Shown here: one piece after another, positions 17,789 through 28,359 of the stretch
Position numbering within the stretch: position 1 is the first letter of the stretch
How the letters are laid out: every line of letters begins with the position of its first letter
Assembly: GCA_045637805.1 (NCBI GenBank)
Contig: JAZUAE010000018.1
Location: forward strand, 9,703-73,702
Direction of reading: 5' to 3'
DNA from: Clostridia bacterium
GTDB lineage: Bacteria > Bacillota > Clostridia > Christensenellales > UBA1242
DNA length: 64,000 nt
The notes under the pieces: model-generated
Databases searched by the model: none
What the model saw: the letters and a program-made list of their open reading frames with translations, nothing else
Told to the model about the DNA's origin: nothing
Made by a program: the position numbers and the translations under genes

Positions 17789-18684
17789 TACACCAACTCC
17801 TTTTGTATTGAATAACTAATCGTTACTTTACCAAAGTCGGTATTGACTGCTGAGAATACTAGTGTTGATTTTCCAGATGGTATTGTTAGAAAGTTTGAGT
17901 AAGTATAGTCCTTTTCGCCTATATAATAAACATCTTCACGGATGTATTCTCCGTCAACTAGTGTGTATAAACTTGCTTCTTGCTTATTTGGACTACTATC
18001 AATTTGCAAGAAACTATTTTCTTTTACTATTAAGTTGTATTTGGCTTGGTCTAGTATTTGCCCATCTTGAATAATTCTTATAAAGGGTGTATCGGTTACA
18101 GCTTCTACCTTTATAACGCAACTTGTTGGTAGGTTTCCTTCATTGTCTATGTCTACAGCAAGGTTATTACTACCACCATAGTAGTATGGATAGTAGTATG
18201 GATATACGAGTGGTTCTCCATATCTACTTAATTCTAGGACTATTTGTTTGTCTTTTTTCCACCTTGATAGGCAAGCAAATTTTACTTCGCATTTTAGGAA
18301 ACCTGTTTTATAATCGATTTCACTTTTCTTTAATTCGTTTATTAGCACCAACTTATACCATTCGCTTTCTAATGAATTGTCGTGTGAGTGTCCATTTATT
18401 GAGTAGTAAAGTTTCATTGGCGTTTTTGTGTTTATGTTTCCTACGAAGTTCACGAATGCTGTGAAGTGATTATAATCTGAAAAATACAAGTCGCCTACTA
18501 TTGTTTGCGATTGTGTTTCTACTTCTTCTATAAAGCAAGTATTCTCTACTTCGTATGATGTTATTTTTGTTTTTATACCAAAGCCTTCCGGTTCTCCGAA
18601 GAAACTACTTCTTTTGTCGTATGGGTTCTTGGGAGTTAGATTCCAGATTTTGCCTTTTTCATTTTCTAGCCAAAACTTTCTCAC
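17788..18684 (-). CDS. distal tail protein (Dit-position)
   Basis: Immediately downstream of the tape measure with an overlapping stop/start. 298 aa. Confidence 0.5.
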   Translation of the reverse strand: MRKFWLENEKGKIWNLTPKNPYDKRSSFFGEPEGFGIKTKITSYEVENTCFIEEVETQSQTIVGDLYFSDYNHFTAFVNFVGNINTKTPMKLYYSINGHSHDNSLESEWYKLVLINELKKSEIDYKTGFLKCEVKFACLSRWKKDKQIVLELSRYGEPLVYPYYYPYYYGGSNNLAVDIDNEGNLPTSCVIKVEAVTDTPFIRIIQDGQILDQAKYNLIVKENSFLQIDSSPNKQEASLYTLVDGEYIREDVYYIGEKDYTYSNFLTIPSGKSTLVFSAVNTDFGKVTISYSIQKELV

Positions 18685-20267
18685 TAAATCTTACCTCCCA
18701 ATTCCTTATTTATTCTTTCTGCCAATAAATCAGCAACTAGTTCAGCATTTTCTTGACTTATAGGTGAATCTCCTGTCGCATTTATGTCTACATTGATATC
18801 TACTTGACTATGGTTTGCATTTTCGCTTACCTGTGTAGTGTTTACATCAAAGTCCGAACCCATATTCGAGTATTGAGCTTCTAGGTCTGCCATTTGTGAT
18901 GTTTGCTGATTAAGTGTTTGTGTTAGGTTTGTGCTTTGCCCCATCAAAAATGCGAACAATGTGGCTACAACTAGCACCACCGCTGCCACAGCCCATAGGA
19001 TTGGCAATAATGGTGTACTTGCCGCCGAAACTGCTCCAATACCACCAGCTGCTCCATAACTTGCTACTGTGATTGCCTTTATCACACCTACTATTGCAGT
19101 GACTATTGACACGATTTTTGGTAGTAGCACTATGATTAGCAATAAAAATAGTGTGAATTTTTGTTGTTGTGGACTCATACTACCAAACCAATTTGTTATT
19201 GCTGTTAGTATTGGTAGCACATTCTCTATTACAAACTCACTTAATACCTGTATTATTGGTAGTAAGTTTTCAGCAAGTTCTGCACTCACTTCCATAAATC
19301 CAAATTTTAGCTCGTTCCAAGTTTCTTGCACTTGCTTTGCTGTCTTTACTTGTTCTTCTGTTGTTATTCCTAGATCTTGTTGCTTTTGGTTTAATTCATC
19401 AATTGTTTCTGCTGATGTTTGCATCACTTCTAAGACATTTATTGCGTTTTCCCCAAACAATTCATAAGCAAGTGAATTTCGAAGCGAAATATCTTCCATT
19501 CCTGCTAATGATTGGAGCACTTCATCATATACAACACCTAGTTCTTTTGTATTTCCATTGAGGTCTTTGGTTGACACCCCTAAATGCTCTAAAATGTTTA
19601 GGTATCCTGCACCATTTCCTAGTGCTATGCTTGACATAACACTCTTTAGACTAGTCAATGCCGAGTCAAAGTTGCCTGCATCTCCTGTTATTTCCTTGTA
19701 AACATTCCTTTGTAGTTGCATTTTTTCAATACTGACATCAAGTGCTTTTGCTTGTTCTTCAATTGCTAGTGTCTGGTTTGTGAATGCTGTTATTGATGCT
19801 GTAATTGTTGTGATCAAGGCAAGTGTTAGGGCTGAAAAAGTTCTTAATGTTTTTTGAGATTTTTTCAATGCACTATCTACCTTGTCAAACCCTTTCTCCA
19901 ACCTACCAATTCTCTCTATTGTTGGTGCATCTGCTGTCTTTTTTAGTTCTACATTGTATTTTGCAAGTTCATTCTCTGCTTGCATTACAGAAACCTTTAT
20001 TTTATTAAATTCTTTGGCTGTCAAATCGCCCTTTTCAAAGGCTTTTGTGGCCTCTATTTGTTTCTGTCTTAACAATGCGACTTTCTGGGTTGCAAGCCCT
20101 ATTTGAGTTTCTAGATTCTTCATTTTTTGTGCCGATGCTTCGGTGTTTTTAGAATCTAGTTTTAATGCCTTATCTAGTTCTCTTGTTTGAGAGGTGGTTT
20201 GCCTTATTGACTCATTCAGTTTCTTCACTTTCTGGTCTATCTGTTCCAGACTTCTACCAACTTCCAT
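18684..20267 (-). CDS. tape measure protein
   Basis: 527 aa. N-terminal coiled coil. Long hydrophobic segment (LLLIIVLLPKIVSIVTAIVGVIK...AAVVLVVATLFAFL). Position after the chaperone genes. Confidence 0.8.
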   Translation of the reverse strand: MEVGRSLEQIDQKVKKLNESIRQTTSQTRELDKALKLDSKNTEASAQKMKNLETQIGLATQKVALLRQKQIEATKAFEKGDLTAKEFNKIKVSVMQAENELAKYNVELKKTADAPTIERIGRLEKGFDKVDSALKKSQKTLRTFSALTLALITTITASITAFTNQTLAIEEQAKALDVSIEKMQLQRNVYKEITGDAGNFDSALTSLKSVMSSIALGNGAGYLNILEHLGVSTKDLNGNTKELGVVYDEVLQSLAGMEDISLRNSLAYELFGENAINVLEVMQTSAETIDELNQKQQDLGITTEEQVKTAKQVQETWNELKFGFMEVSAELAENLLPIIQVLSEFVIENVLPILTAITNWFGSMSPQQQKFTLFLLLIIVLLPKIVSIVTAIVGVIKAITVASYGAAGGIGAVSAASTPLLPILWAVAAVVLVVATLFAFLMGQSTNLTQTLNQQTSQMADLEAQYSNMGSDFDVNTTQVSENANHSQVDINVDINATGDSPISQENAELVADLLAERINKELGGKI

Positions 20268-20277
20268 TAGCCACCTC

Positions 20278-20679
20278 CTATCCCTTTATTTTTCTTTGAA
20301 ATCTGTCGTATATTCTCTCATCCATGTCTTTTAGGTTATGGATTGCTTTGTTTATGAACCTAGTTCCTTTTATGGTGCTAGTTCCATAGTTGAGTATGTT
20401 TGCTATCTTTTGGTAAGGAATACCTTTTCGGTTTTCCCCTTGGAACTCTACCGAGTATCCATACCAATTGTATTTGGCTACAATCTTGCTTTTCTTTAAT
20501 GAGTTCAAAAGTCCAAGTGTTGCACCCCTAGGTGTTGTGGACTCTAATTGTTTTATTAGGTTTTCCACTTCAAAATCTATTTGCTCTTGTATAGCTTCTA
20601 TTGCATAATCCCCATAATCACTTATTTGCTCAAAGTATTCGGCTAATTGCTTTGAAACACCATCATTCCAACTTGCCAT
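20278..20679 (-). CDS. hypothetical phage protein
   Basis: 133-aa ORF between the chaperone and the tape measure. Start abuts the upstream stop. Confidence 0.4.
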   Translation of the reverse strand: MASWNDGVSKQLAEYFEQISDYGDYAIEAIQEQIDFEVENLIKQLESTTPRGATLGLLNSLKKSKIVAKYNWYGYSVEFQGENRKGIPYQKIANILNYGTSTIKGTRFINKAIHNLKDMDERIYDRFQRKIKG

Positions 20680-20945
20680 TTATCCCCTTAATTTCCCATT
20701 GAGTGTCATATCCGACAAACTCATAGGTTTTGTGTATTGAATATTCTTTCCTTCTGCTTTGGCGATTGTCAATGCATCTATTTGTGCTGAATAATCTATT
20801 AGGTCATAGAAAACATTAAGCCCCATATCTGCCATGTTTACATGAACCCCTGTTTTTATGGCACAATAAAGCATTTGAGTTGTAAAATCTCCCTCAATTT
20901 GGCTTGTTTCAGCACTTCTTATCCCTGGATTTATCTTTTTTTTTG
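20680..20945 (-). CDS. -1 frameshift extension of the tail assembly chaperone (gpGT-like product)
   Basis: A 9-A run (20936-20944) sits at the end of gpG. The -1 frame is open from the slip site (..KKKINPGIRSAETSQIEGDFTTQMLYCAIKTG...) to the stop at 20680. Frame arithmetic matches a -1 shift. Confidence 0.5.
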
Positions 20946-21374
20946 AGCAATAAACAATGAGAAAAAGTCCAAAAGTTCGCTGATTATTCCCTTATCTGTG
21001 ATTACATAAGGTGGAATACTCATAATCAATTCGCCAACATCCATTTTGTTTGGGTATTGTGCTGTTGCAATTAGTGATGCTATAAAGTTTAGGATAAACT
21101 CACAATCAAACTCGTATTGCTCCATAGTTGAAAGCACTTCGTTTGCTTCTTTATCTTCTAGTTTTTCTAGATCTTCAATGGTTTCAATGTTGTATTCCTT
21201 TAATTTTTCAAGAGTATCCTTATTAGAGTTCTTCTTTGCGAAACTTATAATGTCGTTCAGCAAATCTTTGCCGAAATAACTCTTGTAAAGTATAAATGTG
21301 AAGGCATTTCCACATAGTTTAATTTCTTCGCCATCATCTGTTTTAATGGTCTTTATTAATCCATATTGTTTCAT
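20931..21374 (-). CDS. tail assembly chaperone (gpG-like)
   Basis: 147 aa, acidic, between the major tail and the tape measure. Ends in the slippery run CAA AAA AAA AGA TAA. Confidence 0.6.
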   Translation of the reverse strand: MKQYGLIKTIKTDDGEEIKLCGNAFTFILYKSYFGKDLLNDIISFAKKNSNKDTLEKLKEYNIETIEDLEKLEDKEANEVLSTMEQYEFDCEFILNFIASLIATAQYPNKMDVGELIMSIPPYVITDKGIISELLDFFSLFIAQKKR

Positions 21375-21376
21375 TG

Positions 21377-21982
21377 TTATGCTCCTACTGTGCTATCTGG
21401 AATATAAATTGCATCTTGCACTTTTGCCCAAATGTCTTTATTGAGATTACTATTTAGTATTGTGTATGTTACTTTGTCTGGCTCGTTCTCTGTATTGATG
21501 TATTCGTGTGGGTACACCTTTACATTAAGTGTTAGGTTTCTAATTGTCTTACCATCAAAACTAATGCTTGATAATGTTGGCAATTGGAACACTGCCCTAT
21601 ACATAGTAAACATTGACTCGCTACCATCTCCGACACTTGAATAATAACCAAATGCAAGTTCTTTGCTCTTGGTTTTACTCTTAATGATCACAGCACCATT
21701 TTTGTCTATTTTTACATCAAAAAACTTTGAATAAACATTAAATGGTAGCACTGCAAATTTGATTGTGCCTTCGCCTGTTACTTGGGTGTTTAATCTAATA
21801 AATGAAACATCATCATCTGCATTGATTTCAGTAGTTTCTGACTTGAATTCAATGCTTACTTCCATCAATCCTTGATGGTATTGCTTTTCTCCAAATGTTC
21901 CATCTGGGTTAAGTGTCGCTGCAAAAAACTTTTTGTTTCCTGTTTCATATAATTGGGAAACATTTACTGTCTCGTTTGCCAT
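21377..21982 (-). CDS. major tail protein
   Basis: 201 aa, directly upstream of the chaperone pair. Beta-rich composition. Confidence 0.6.
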   Translation of the reverse strand: MANETVNVSQLYETGNKKFFAATLNPDGTFGEKQYHQGLMEVSIEFKSETTEINADDDVSFIRLNTQVTGEGTIKFAVLPFNVYSKFFDVKIDKNGAVIIKSKTKSKELAFGYYSSVGDGSESMFTMYRAVFQLPTLSSISFDGKTIRNLTLNVKVYPHEYINTENEPDKVTYTILNSNLNKDIWAKVQDAIYIPDSTVGA

Positions 21983-21995
21983 TTTTCTCTCCCTT

Positions 21996-22445
21996 CTAAT
22001 AAATTTTGTATAATGTCAAAGGATAATGAAAAAGTGAAGTTTCAGACTCAAAAATTTCATCTGCAAACTCCACCTCAAACCCGTTATCCTTGAATATGTC
22101 CTCTATCTTTTCTAGCAAGTCCAAATTGTCTTTGCTATCAAAGCTTCTTTTGCTGAAGACATCAATTGCAACCATAACTTCACGAAGGAAGTCATCATTA
22201 TCTGCATTTATTTTGCTTTCAAAACTTGGGAAATAATACGACACATAGGTGGTCTTATTTCTTGCTTTTGGGTTTCTCAAAACACCATGCCAAAACAATG
22301 TTTTTGTTGCTTTATCTATTTCTGCATCTGTTAGTGAAATACCTTCCACTAAGTCAATGCTTTTTAGTAGTTTTATCACTTCGGTTCTACATACCTTTCT
22401 TGCCTTAATAGTTCTCATATCGCACCTCATCATAACTTGGCGCAA
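21996..22445 (-). CDS. tail completion / head-tail joining protein (unassigned)
   Basis: Position between the head-closure and major tail genes. Confidence 0.35.
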   Translation of the reverse strand: MRQVMMRCDMRTIKARKVCRTEVIKLLKSIDLVEGISLTDAEIDKATKTLFWHGVLRNPKARNKTTYVSYYFPSFESKINADNDDFLREVMVAIDVFSKRSFDSKDNLDLLEKIEDIFKDNGFEVEFADEIFESETSLFHYPLTLYKIY

Positions 22446-22773
22446 GTATTTCGTTTGCTCTTATTACCAAGTCGCTTTTGTTATGTTCATAACCATCGAT
22501 TGAAACTATATCGTATGTTTTTCCTTTGAATTCCAAATATAATTCGTTTACTATCTTTGGATTATAAACCACCTTGAATTGTGTGGTTTCTTCAACTTGA
22601 ACTGCCCTTGCAGAAAATCTTTCATTCTCTGAAAGTTCTCTCACATAACACCATAAGCCACCACTTTTCTTGCTATGAATATAGGTTTTTATAACCTTTT
22701 CGTATCCATCAATAACTTTGGTGCTTATGCTAAAAAACTGCACTTTTTTATCTTTGTTTTCTTTCTTTTCCAT
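22405..22773 (-). CDS. head closure / head-tail adaptor protein
   Basis: 122 aa. Synteny after the gp6-like connector. Confidence 0.5.
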   Translation of the reverse strand: MEKKENKDKKVQFFSISTKVIDGYEKVIKTYIHSKKSGGLWCYVRELSENERFSARAVQVEETTQFKVVYNPKIVNELYLEFKGKTYDIVSIDGYEHNKSDLVIRANEILAPSYDEVRYENY

Positions 22774-23045
22774 TAAAAACCTTTTCTCCTATACTCAGAA
22801 AGTAGCAAAGCAACCGAATTTTCAATCTCTCTTGCATTTGTATTTTCACGATTGTTGTAGTATGCACTTACAATAAATTTGGCAGTTTCTTTGATTGTTG
22901 CAGGTACTTCTTGTAGTTCTGATATTGGGTATCTTAGCACTTTCTCTATGATGCCCTGTGCTAGTTTTAATAAGTCGGCAAGGAGGGAGTCTAGCCACTC
23001 CCCATCAATGCCCAAATATAATTTCATTTCTTCTATTGTTGGCAT
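22773..23045 (-). CDS. gp6-like head-tail connector protein
   Basis: 90 aa. The MPTIEEMKLYLGIDGEWLDSLLADLLKLAQ pattern is typical of DNA-packaging/head-tail connector proteins. Confidence 0.55.
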   Translation of the reverse strand: MPTIEEMKLYLGIDGEWLDSLLADLLKLAQGIIEKVLRYPISELQEVPATIKETAKFIVSAYYNNRENTNAREIENSVALLLSEYRRKGF

Positions 23046-23066
23046 ATCCTTGCCCTGCCTTACTTA

Positions 23067-23510
23067 CTATTCTTCTGTGGTTTCAGTTGTATCTTCTGCC
23101 ACTTCTTCTGTAGTTTCCACAATCTCAGTTTCTCTTTCTACTGCATATCTTGGTTCGCCAAGTAATGCAACGATTCCACAAGTTACTGTGGTGCTTGCTA
23201 CTGCATCAACTTTAATTTTGATGCTAGCTGCATCGTAGTGTGCAATTTCATTTGCTACTACATTGATTCTACTTTCAGTGTTGCCACCGATTGTGATTTC
23301 TTCATTCTTAATTTCTTGTTCTGTTGCATCTGGGAGAATTGCCACAACTGATGCTTTAGTTGTTGCTGTGTCGCCTTCGCCTGTGCTAATAACAATTTGT
23401 GCTGATTGATAGTTATCAAGTTTTACTTCTTTTGTTTCAATTGCAGAAGCAAGGCTTGAACCTGGCTCTGCAATGATTTCGATTTTGTTTGTTTCTAAAT
23501 ATTGACTCAT
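23067..23510 (-). CDS. hypothetical head-associated protein with acidic Thr/Glu-rich tail
   Basis: 147 aa, immediately after the major capsid gene. Confidence 0.35.
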   Translation of the reverse strand: MSQYLETNKIEIIAEPGSSLASAIETKEVKLDNYQSAQIVISTGEGDTATTKASVVAILPDATEQEIKNEEITIGGNTESRINVVANEIAHYDAASIKIKVDAVASTTVTCGIVALLGEPRYAVERETEIVETTEEVAEDTTETTEE

Positions 23511-23526
23511 ATTATTCTCCTATAAT

Positions 23527-24855
23527 TTATTTTCTTTTAGCCAATGCTACAAATGGTGATACTGTTGCACTACCTTTATATGGTTGAAGCGCTTTGTTCC
23601 AAACTGGTTGTCCATCAACCCTATAAATGAAACGGAATACATTTTCATCATAAAGGAAGCGAACATGAATTGATGATGTTGCATTGATGCCACCTTTATC
23701 AATTAAAATGTATTGGCTAAAGTCTGCAAGGATGATATCTCCTACTTCGCCAAGTTCAGAGCATTGTTCAAGTGGCATAACTGGTCTGCCGAACAATGTG
23801 CCATATGGAGCTTCGCTCAAACCACCTGCTGGGATATACACTGGTTTATCTCCAACTCTAAGTGTGTAAAGCAATGGTTCAATTTCTGGGTTAATGTACC
23901 ATACTGAGTTTGCTCTTGATCTTGACCACAATCTAGCCCACATTTTAACAAGGTTTTCTACTGTGATGATTTCAGTTTGGTCTTTCTCTTTCTCAACTTT
24001 TACAAGTGAACCTGCATTAAGGATTCCAAGTGGTTGACCTGCACCTGTTCCGCTAAGGATTGCATCATCAATTTTGAAGCCAAATTCTTCAGCAAATGCT
24101 TCACGAATAACATTTTCAAGTGCTGATGCATCTTGCAATAATTCATCTGTCACATAGCAAAGACCTGTAAGTTTCTTCAATGACAAATCCATAGTTCTAA
24201 ATCTTGGTTTTGATGCTGTGATTTTATCAGCTTCGTTTTCCCAATAAGTTTGAACACCACCCCATCTTGAACCATTTGCTCTTGAATCTTCATCAATTGC
24301 ATTGATTTTAATTCCGTTAGCATTTGTTGAAAGTGGGATTTTCTTTACCTTTGATGCAAGGATACCTGTTTCATACGTTCTTTTCAAAAGTTCTGCAACA
24401 AAATCTTTTTGCACTAAAAAACCACCATCGCTTGGGTTTGTTTCGTTCAAACCGCTTGCTGACCTGGTGGTTAATCTTCTATCAATTTTACCTGCTGGTG
24501 TTGATGCACGATATACTGCCATCATTTGTTCGCCTAAGGTACGGAATTTTCTTTCTTCATTTTTCTCTGGATTATCTTTCACTACTTCTGTTTCATCTGG
24601 TTCGCCTGCACTATCATTTTTAGTGTCTGCATCTTCTTTCTTTTCTGGCTTGCTTTCTTCTTCAAAATCGCCTTTGAAAACTTCAAGTCTTACAATCTGT
24701 TTTTCCCAATTTCGCATTTCAGTTTCTAATCTTGTAAGTTCTTTGTTCTCATCTTCTGTTAGGAATCTATCTTCCTTTTCTGCTTGCTCAATAATTTGGA
24801 TTGCCTTTAATCTGCAATCATTTTTTCTAGCTTTAAGTTCTTTCAATGTTCTCAT
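23527..24855 (-). CDS. major capsid protein, HK97-like
   Basis: 442 aa. N-terminal coiled-coil delta-like region followed by a capsid fold region. Follows the prohead protease. Confidence 0.85.
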   Translation of the reverse strand: MRTLKELKARKNDCRLKAIQIIEQAEKEDRFLTEDENKELTRLETEMRNWEKQIVRLEVFKGDFEEESKPEKKEDADTKNDSAGEPDETEVVKDNPEKNEERKFRTLGEQMMAVYRASTPAGKIDRRLTTRSASGLNETNPSDGGFLVQKDFVAELLKRTYETGILASKVKKIPLSTNANGIKINAIDEDSRANGSRWGGVQTYWENEADKITASKPRFRTMDLSLKKLTGLCYVTDELLQDASALENVIREAFAEEFGFKIDDAILSGTGAGQPLGILNAGSLVKVEKEKDQTEIITVENLVKMWARLWSRSRANSVWYINPEIEPLLYTLRVGDKPVYIPAGGLSEAPYGTLFGRPVMPLEQCSELGEVGDIILADFSQYILIDKGGINATSSIHVRFLYDENVFRFIYRVDGQPVWNKALQPYKGSATVSPFVALAKRK

Positions 24856-24858
24856 TTA

Positions 24859-25509
24859 CTAATCTCCCATAAATTTTAATTTTTGTTTTTGCATCTCCAA
24901 CTTTCTTTTGTTGGTTTCCTTGCTTTTTGCCACTTCGGATTGGTGGGTTCTTATAACATCAACCAATGAGCGAACACCACATTCAGTCTGTGCGTATGCT
25001 GGGAAAGTCACAGGACTTACATCATATAGTTTCACTTTTAATAGTTCACGAACATCGATGTTGTCCTCATAACTCCATCGGTCTAGTATTACTGTGAAAC
25101 CAAACGACATTTGTGTTATATCGCCACGCTTGATGCTTACAAGTAAGTCTTTTGCCCATTGTGTATCTGGTGGTACTATTCTCACTTTTAGACCTTTCTC
25201 ATCTTCTTCAAGTGTGAGTGTGCCAGCCTTGTTTCTACCAAGGACATAGTTTGGATCGTGATTAAACAATGCTCTTATGTCATCGTTTTGAATTGTTTCT
25301 TCAAAAGCACCTTTCACAACCCTTTCTCTAAATGGCGAATTGCCACCTAGTTCTTCGCTCCAACTATCAAAAACCGATGCATAGCCTTCGATTGCTGGTT
25401 CTGTTAGAGGATCGACATTTGCCTCAACAACTCTTAATTCTTTAAGTGTTATCGTTCTTCTCTCAAACAGGTTTTTCTCCATTGCTTTGGTCATTATTGC
25501 CTCCTTCAT
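24859..25509 (-). CDS. prohead (HK97-family) maturation protease
   Basis: IEGYASVFDSWSEEL...VVKGAFEETI...LFNHDPNYVLG pattern. Lies between portal and capsid. The true start is probably an internal Met, since the ORF overlaps the portal gene. Confidence 0.8.
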   Translation of the reverse strand: MKEAIMTKAMEKNLFERRTITLKELRVVEANVDPLTEPAIEGYASVFDSWSEELGGNSPFRERVVKGAFEETIQNDDIRALFNHDPNYVLGRNKAGTLTLEEDEKGLKVRIVPPDTQWAKDLLVSIKRGDITQMSFGFTVILDRWSYEDNIDVRELLKVKLYDVSPVTFPAYAQTECGVRSLVDVIRTHQSEVAKSKETNKRKLEMQKQKLKFMGD

Positions 25510-26734
25510 TTATTTCATTTTTTGCACCTCCTGCTGCGATTGCCGAAATCATGTTTCCGTTTAGCAAATACAAATCGCCACCTTGCTCTTTTGGAATTTT
25601 GTTCATATCTTCCAAAGCACGAATTTCGTTAGCACTCATCCAGCCATTTTGTCTGGCGATTGCATACCCATTCATTCGTGTAGCAAAGTCGCCACGCATC
25701 AATCCGTCTACATTGAATTTTGCATAGTATATGGTTCTTTCTTCATCTGTAAGTAGCGACCTTGCAATGGCTTGTTCCCAGCGAACCAACCAAGGTCTTA
25801 TTGTATGAACCACAAAATCTATGGATTGATGCTCAATATTACTAAAAGTGCTACGTGATAGGTCGCCTATCATATGTGGTGGCACTCTGAAAATTCTGCA
25901 AATTTCAGTCAATTGAAATGACCTTGTTTGCAAAAATTGACTATCTTCTGGACTCATACCAATCTCATGATATTTCATCCCTTCTTCAAGAACCGCCACC
26001 TTATGTGAGTTGGCTGTTCCCTGATATACCTTGTTCCAACTATCTCTCAGTTTTTCTGGATCTTTGACCACTCCTGGATGTTCAAGCACACCACCTGGTC
26101 TTGCTCCATTTCCAAAAAACCTTGCGCCAAATTCTTCTGTTGCTAGTGCTAGCCCCATAGCTTCCCTAGCATAGGTTATTGGACTCACTCCTAATACTCC
26201 GTCAAATGAAAAAGCAGGTATATGTAGTACCTGCTTTGGAGTGTATGTTGTTGTTATTCCTTTATTGTTTGTGTAAATGTATTTTATTTTGTTTGTGACC
26301 GCATCCCTTTCCACTTTCATATTCTTGCTTTTAAGTGGGTATAGTTCTACGATTTGCCCTAGTTTATTTCTCTTGATCAACGAATAAGCATTTCCCCAAA
26401 GTAGCAAGTTTGTCATCAGCATTTCCCTATAAGTGAAACTCGACATTTCGCTATTTGGTGCATCTTTTAACAATGTAAACAATGGATGCTGTTTTGCTTT
26501 TTCGCTATCGCCATTGGTTAGTTCTTTTAATAGGTTTAATGGCAAACTTGCCACTGTTTCACTTATCACTTTTACACAAGCATATACTGCTGAGATTTTA
26601 AGTGCTGTTTCTTCATCAACATCTACACCACTATTACTCAAATGCCCTGTGTCGATATCAACACCTTTTATGAAGTCAGCAGTTTTTTGGTCAAGGTTTC
26701 TTTGCTCTTTCTTTTTGCGATTAAATAACCCCAT
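25463..26734 (-). CDS. portal protein, HK97 family
   Basis: 423 aa. NPLFTLLKDAPN...LLWGNAY...ELYPL pattern. Lies downstream of TerL. Confidence 0.9.
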   Translation of the reverse strand: MGLFNRKKKEQRNLDQKTADFIKGVDIDTGHLSNSGVDVDEETALKISAVYACVKVISETVASLPLNLLKELTNGDSEKAKQHPLFTLLKDAPNSEMSSFTYREMLMTNLLLWGNAYSLIKRNKLGQIVELYPLKSKNMKVERDAVTNKIKYIYTNNKGITTTYTPKQVLHIPAFSFDGVLGVSPITYAREAMGLALATEEFGARFFGNGARPGGVLEHPGVVKDPEKLRDSWNKVYQGTANSHKVAVLEEGMKYHEIGMSPEDSQFLQTRSFQLTEICRIFRVPPHMIGDLSRSTFSNIEHQSIDFVVHTIRPWLVRWEQAIARSLLTDEERTIYYAKFNVDGLMRGDFATRMNGYAIARQNGWMSANEIRALEDMNKIPKEQGGDLYLLNGNMISAIAAGGAKNEINEGGNNDQSNGEKPV

Positions 26735-26742
26735 TTCTGCTC

Positions 26743-28305
26743 CTATAAAATAATAATTCCTCTTTCATTGTAGACACTTTCTTGTTGGCCTCCGTGTCTT
26801 ATTGCTCGGTCTAGTGCCATTATAAGTGCTATCGCACCGTCAATCTTTTCGGTTGACTTTTCTTTATCTGGTTTTATATTCCCTGCTGGATCGGTTTTGA
26901 TATAAATATTATCGACCATCCACTCCAGCACCTCATTTCCACCATGTGCTATCTTTTTCTCAAGCACAAGCTTCATAAGTTCCTTACTTGGTGGACTCAT
27001 ATCCTTGTATCCTTGACCGAAAGGAACAATTGTGAATCCCATACTTTCTAAGTTTTGTACCATTTGAACTGCTCCCCATCTGTCATATGCTATTTCTTTA
27101 ATGTTGTATTGTGTGCCAAGTTCTTCAATGAACTTTTCAATAAATCCATAATGAACAACATTACCTTCTGTTGTCATTATTAGTCCTTTTGCTTTCCAGG
27201 TATCATATGGTACATGGTCACGACGAACTCTTAGTTCTAGTGTTTCTTCTGGCAACCAAAAAAATGGCAGCACTTCATACTTGCCATCTTCATCTTCTGG
27301 TGGGAATACAAGCACAAATGCTGTGATGTCTGTTGTGCTACTAAGGTCTAGTCCACCATAACAAACACGACCTTTTAGTCGCTCTTTATCTACTGCATAC
27401 GAACACAAATTCCATTTATCCATAGGCATCCAACGAATTGATTGTTTTACCCATTGATTTAGTCGTAGTTGTCTGAATAGGTTTTCTTCTGCTGGATTTT
27501 CCTTTGCATTGTTGAATGCTGCTCTTATCTTGTCTATGTCTACTGTTATATCCAAACTTGGATTTGCTTTGTACCAATTTTTCTCATCTGTCCAATCATC
27601 TTCATCTTTAATTCCATAAATAACGGGATAAAATGTTGGATCATGTTTTTTACCATTTATCACATCTTCTGCTTTTCTATGGACTTCATAGCAAATGCTG
27701 TTTCTATCAGTTCCTGCTGTTGTTATCAAAAAATACAAAGGTTGCTTTCTTGCATCTCCAGAACCTGTGAGCATAACATCGTATAATGCTCTATTTGGTT
27801 GTGCATGGAGTTCATCAAATATAACTCCGTGTACATTCAATCCGTGTTTTGTGTATGATTCAGCTGATAGCACTTGATAGAACGATTTTAGCGGCAAATA
27901 CACAATTCTCTTTTGACTGGCTAGTATCTTGCATCTTTTCTTTAATGCAGGACACTGATTTATCATTTCCACTGCAACATCAAATACAATTGATGCCTGT
28001 TGTCTATCAGCAGCACATCCATAAACTTCCGCACCGTATTCCCCATCTCCACAAGTGAGATATAAAGCAACAGCCGCCGCCAATTCGCTTTTCCCTTGTT
28101 TCTTTGGGATCTCAATGTATGCTGTATTATATTGTCTATATCCATTTGGTTTTAATGTTCCAAATAAATCTCTTACAATTTTATCTTGCCAAGGTAGTAG
28201 TTCAAAGTTTTTCCCGTACCAAACACCCTTGGTATGCTTAAGGGAATTGATAAAGGCAACTGCTCTGTCGGCAAGTGCTTGACCTTTTTGTTCAATTTCG
28301 TTCAC
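26743..28305 (-). CDS. terminase large subunit
   Basis: IPKKQGKSELAA Walker-A-like motif. DELH Walker B. C-terminal nuclease region. 520 aa. Confidence 0.9.
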   Translation of the reverse strand: MNEIEQKGQALADRAVAFINSLKHTKGVWYGKNFELLPWQDKIVRDLFGTLKPNGYRQYNTAYIEIPKKQGKSELAAAVALYLTCGDGEYGAEVYGCAADRQQASIVFDVAVEMINQCPALKKRCKILASQKRIVYLPLKSFYQVLSAESYTKHGLNVHGVIFDELHAQPNRALYDVMLTGSGDARKQPLYFLITTAGTDRNSICYEVHRKAEDVINGKKHDPTFYPVIYGIKDEDDWTDEKNWYKANPSLDITVDIDKIRAAFNNAKENPAEENLFRQLRLNQWVKQSIRWMPMDKWNLCSYAVDKERLKGRVCYGGLDLSSTTDITAFVLVFPPEDEDGKYEVLPFFWLPEETLELRVRRDHVPYDTWKAKGLIMTTEGNVVHYGFIEKFIEELGTQYNIKEIAYDRWGAVQMVQNLESMGFTIVPFGQGYKDMSPPSKELMKLVLEKKIAHGGNEVLEWMVDNIYIKTDPAGNIKPDKEKSTEKIDGAIALIMALDRAIRHGGQQESVYNERGIIIL

Positions 28306-28359
28306 TTTTCAACCCCTTATCAATGAAAAAAGGAAGGTGTTTTTTACCTTCCTTTTGTC

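Noticed and set aside
24302-24862. 186-aa and 99-aa plus-strand ORFs antisense to the capsid gene. Similar cases: 32596..33006, 39732..40145, 17310..17711, 19069..19467, 38519..38884, 22879..23238.
   Set aside because: They are Ser/Leu/Phe-rich and low-complexity, have no SD, and are fully contained antisense to genes with clear family motifs. They are typical shadow ORFs.
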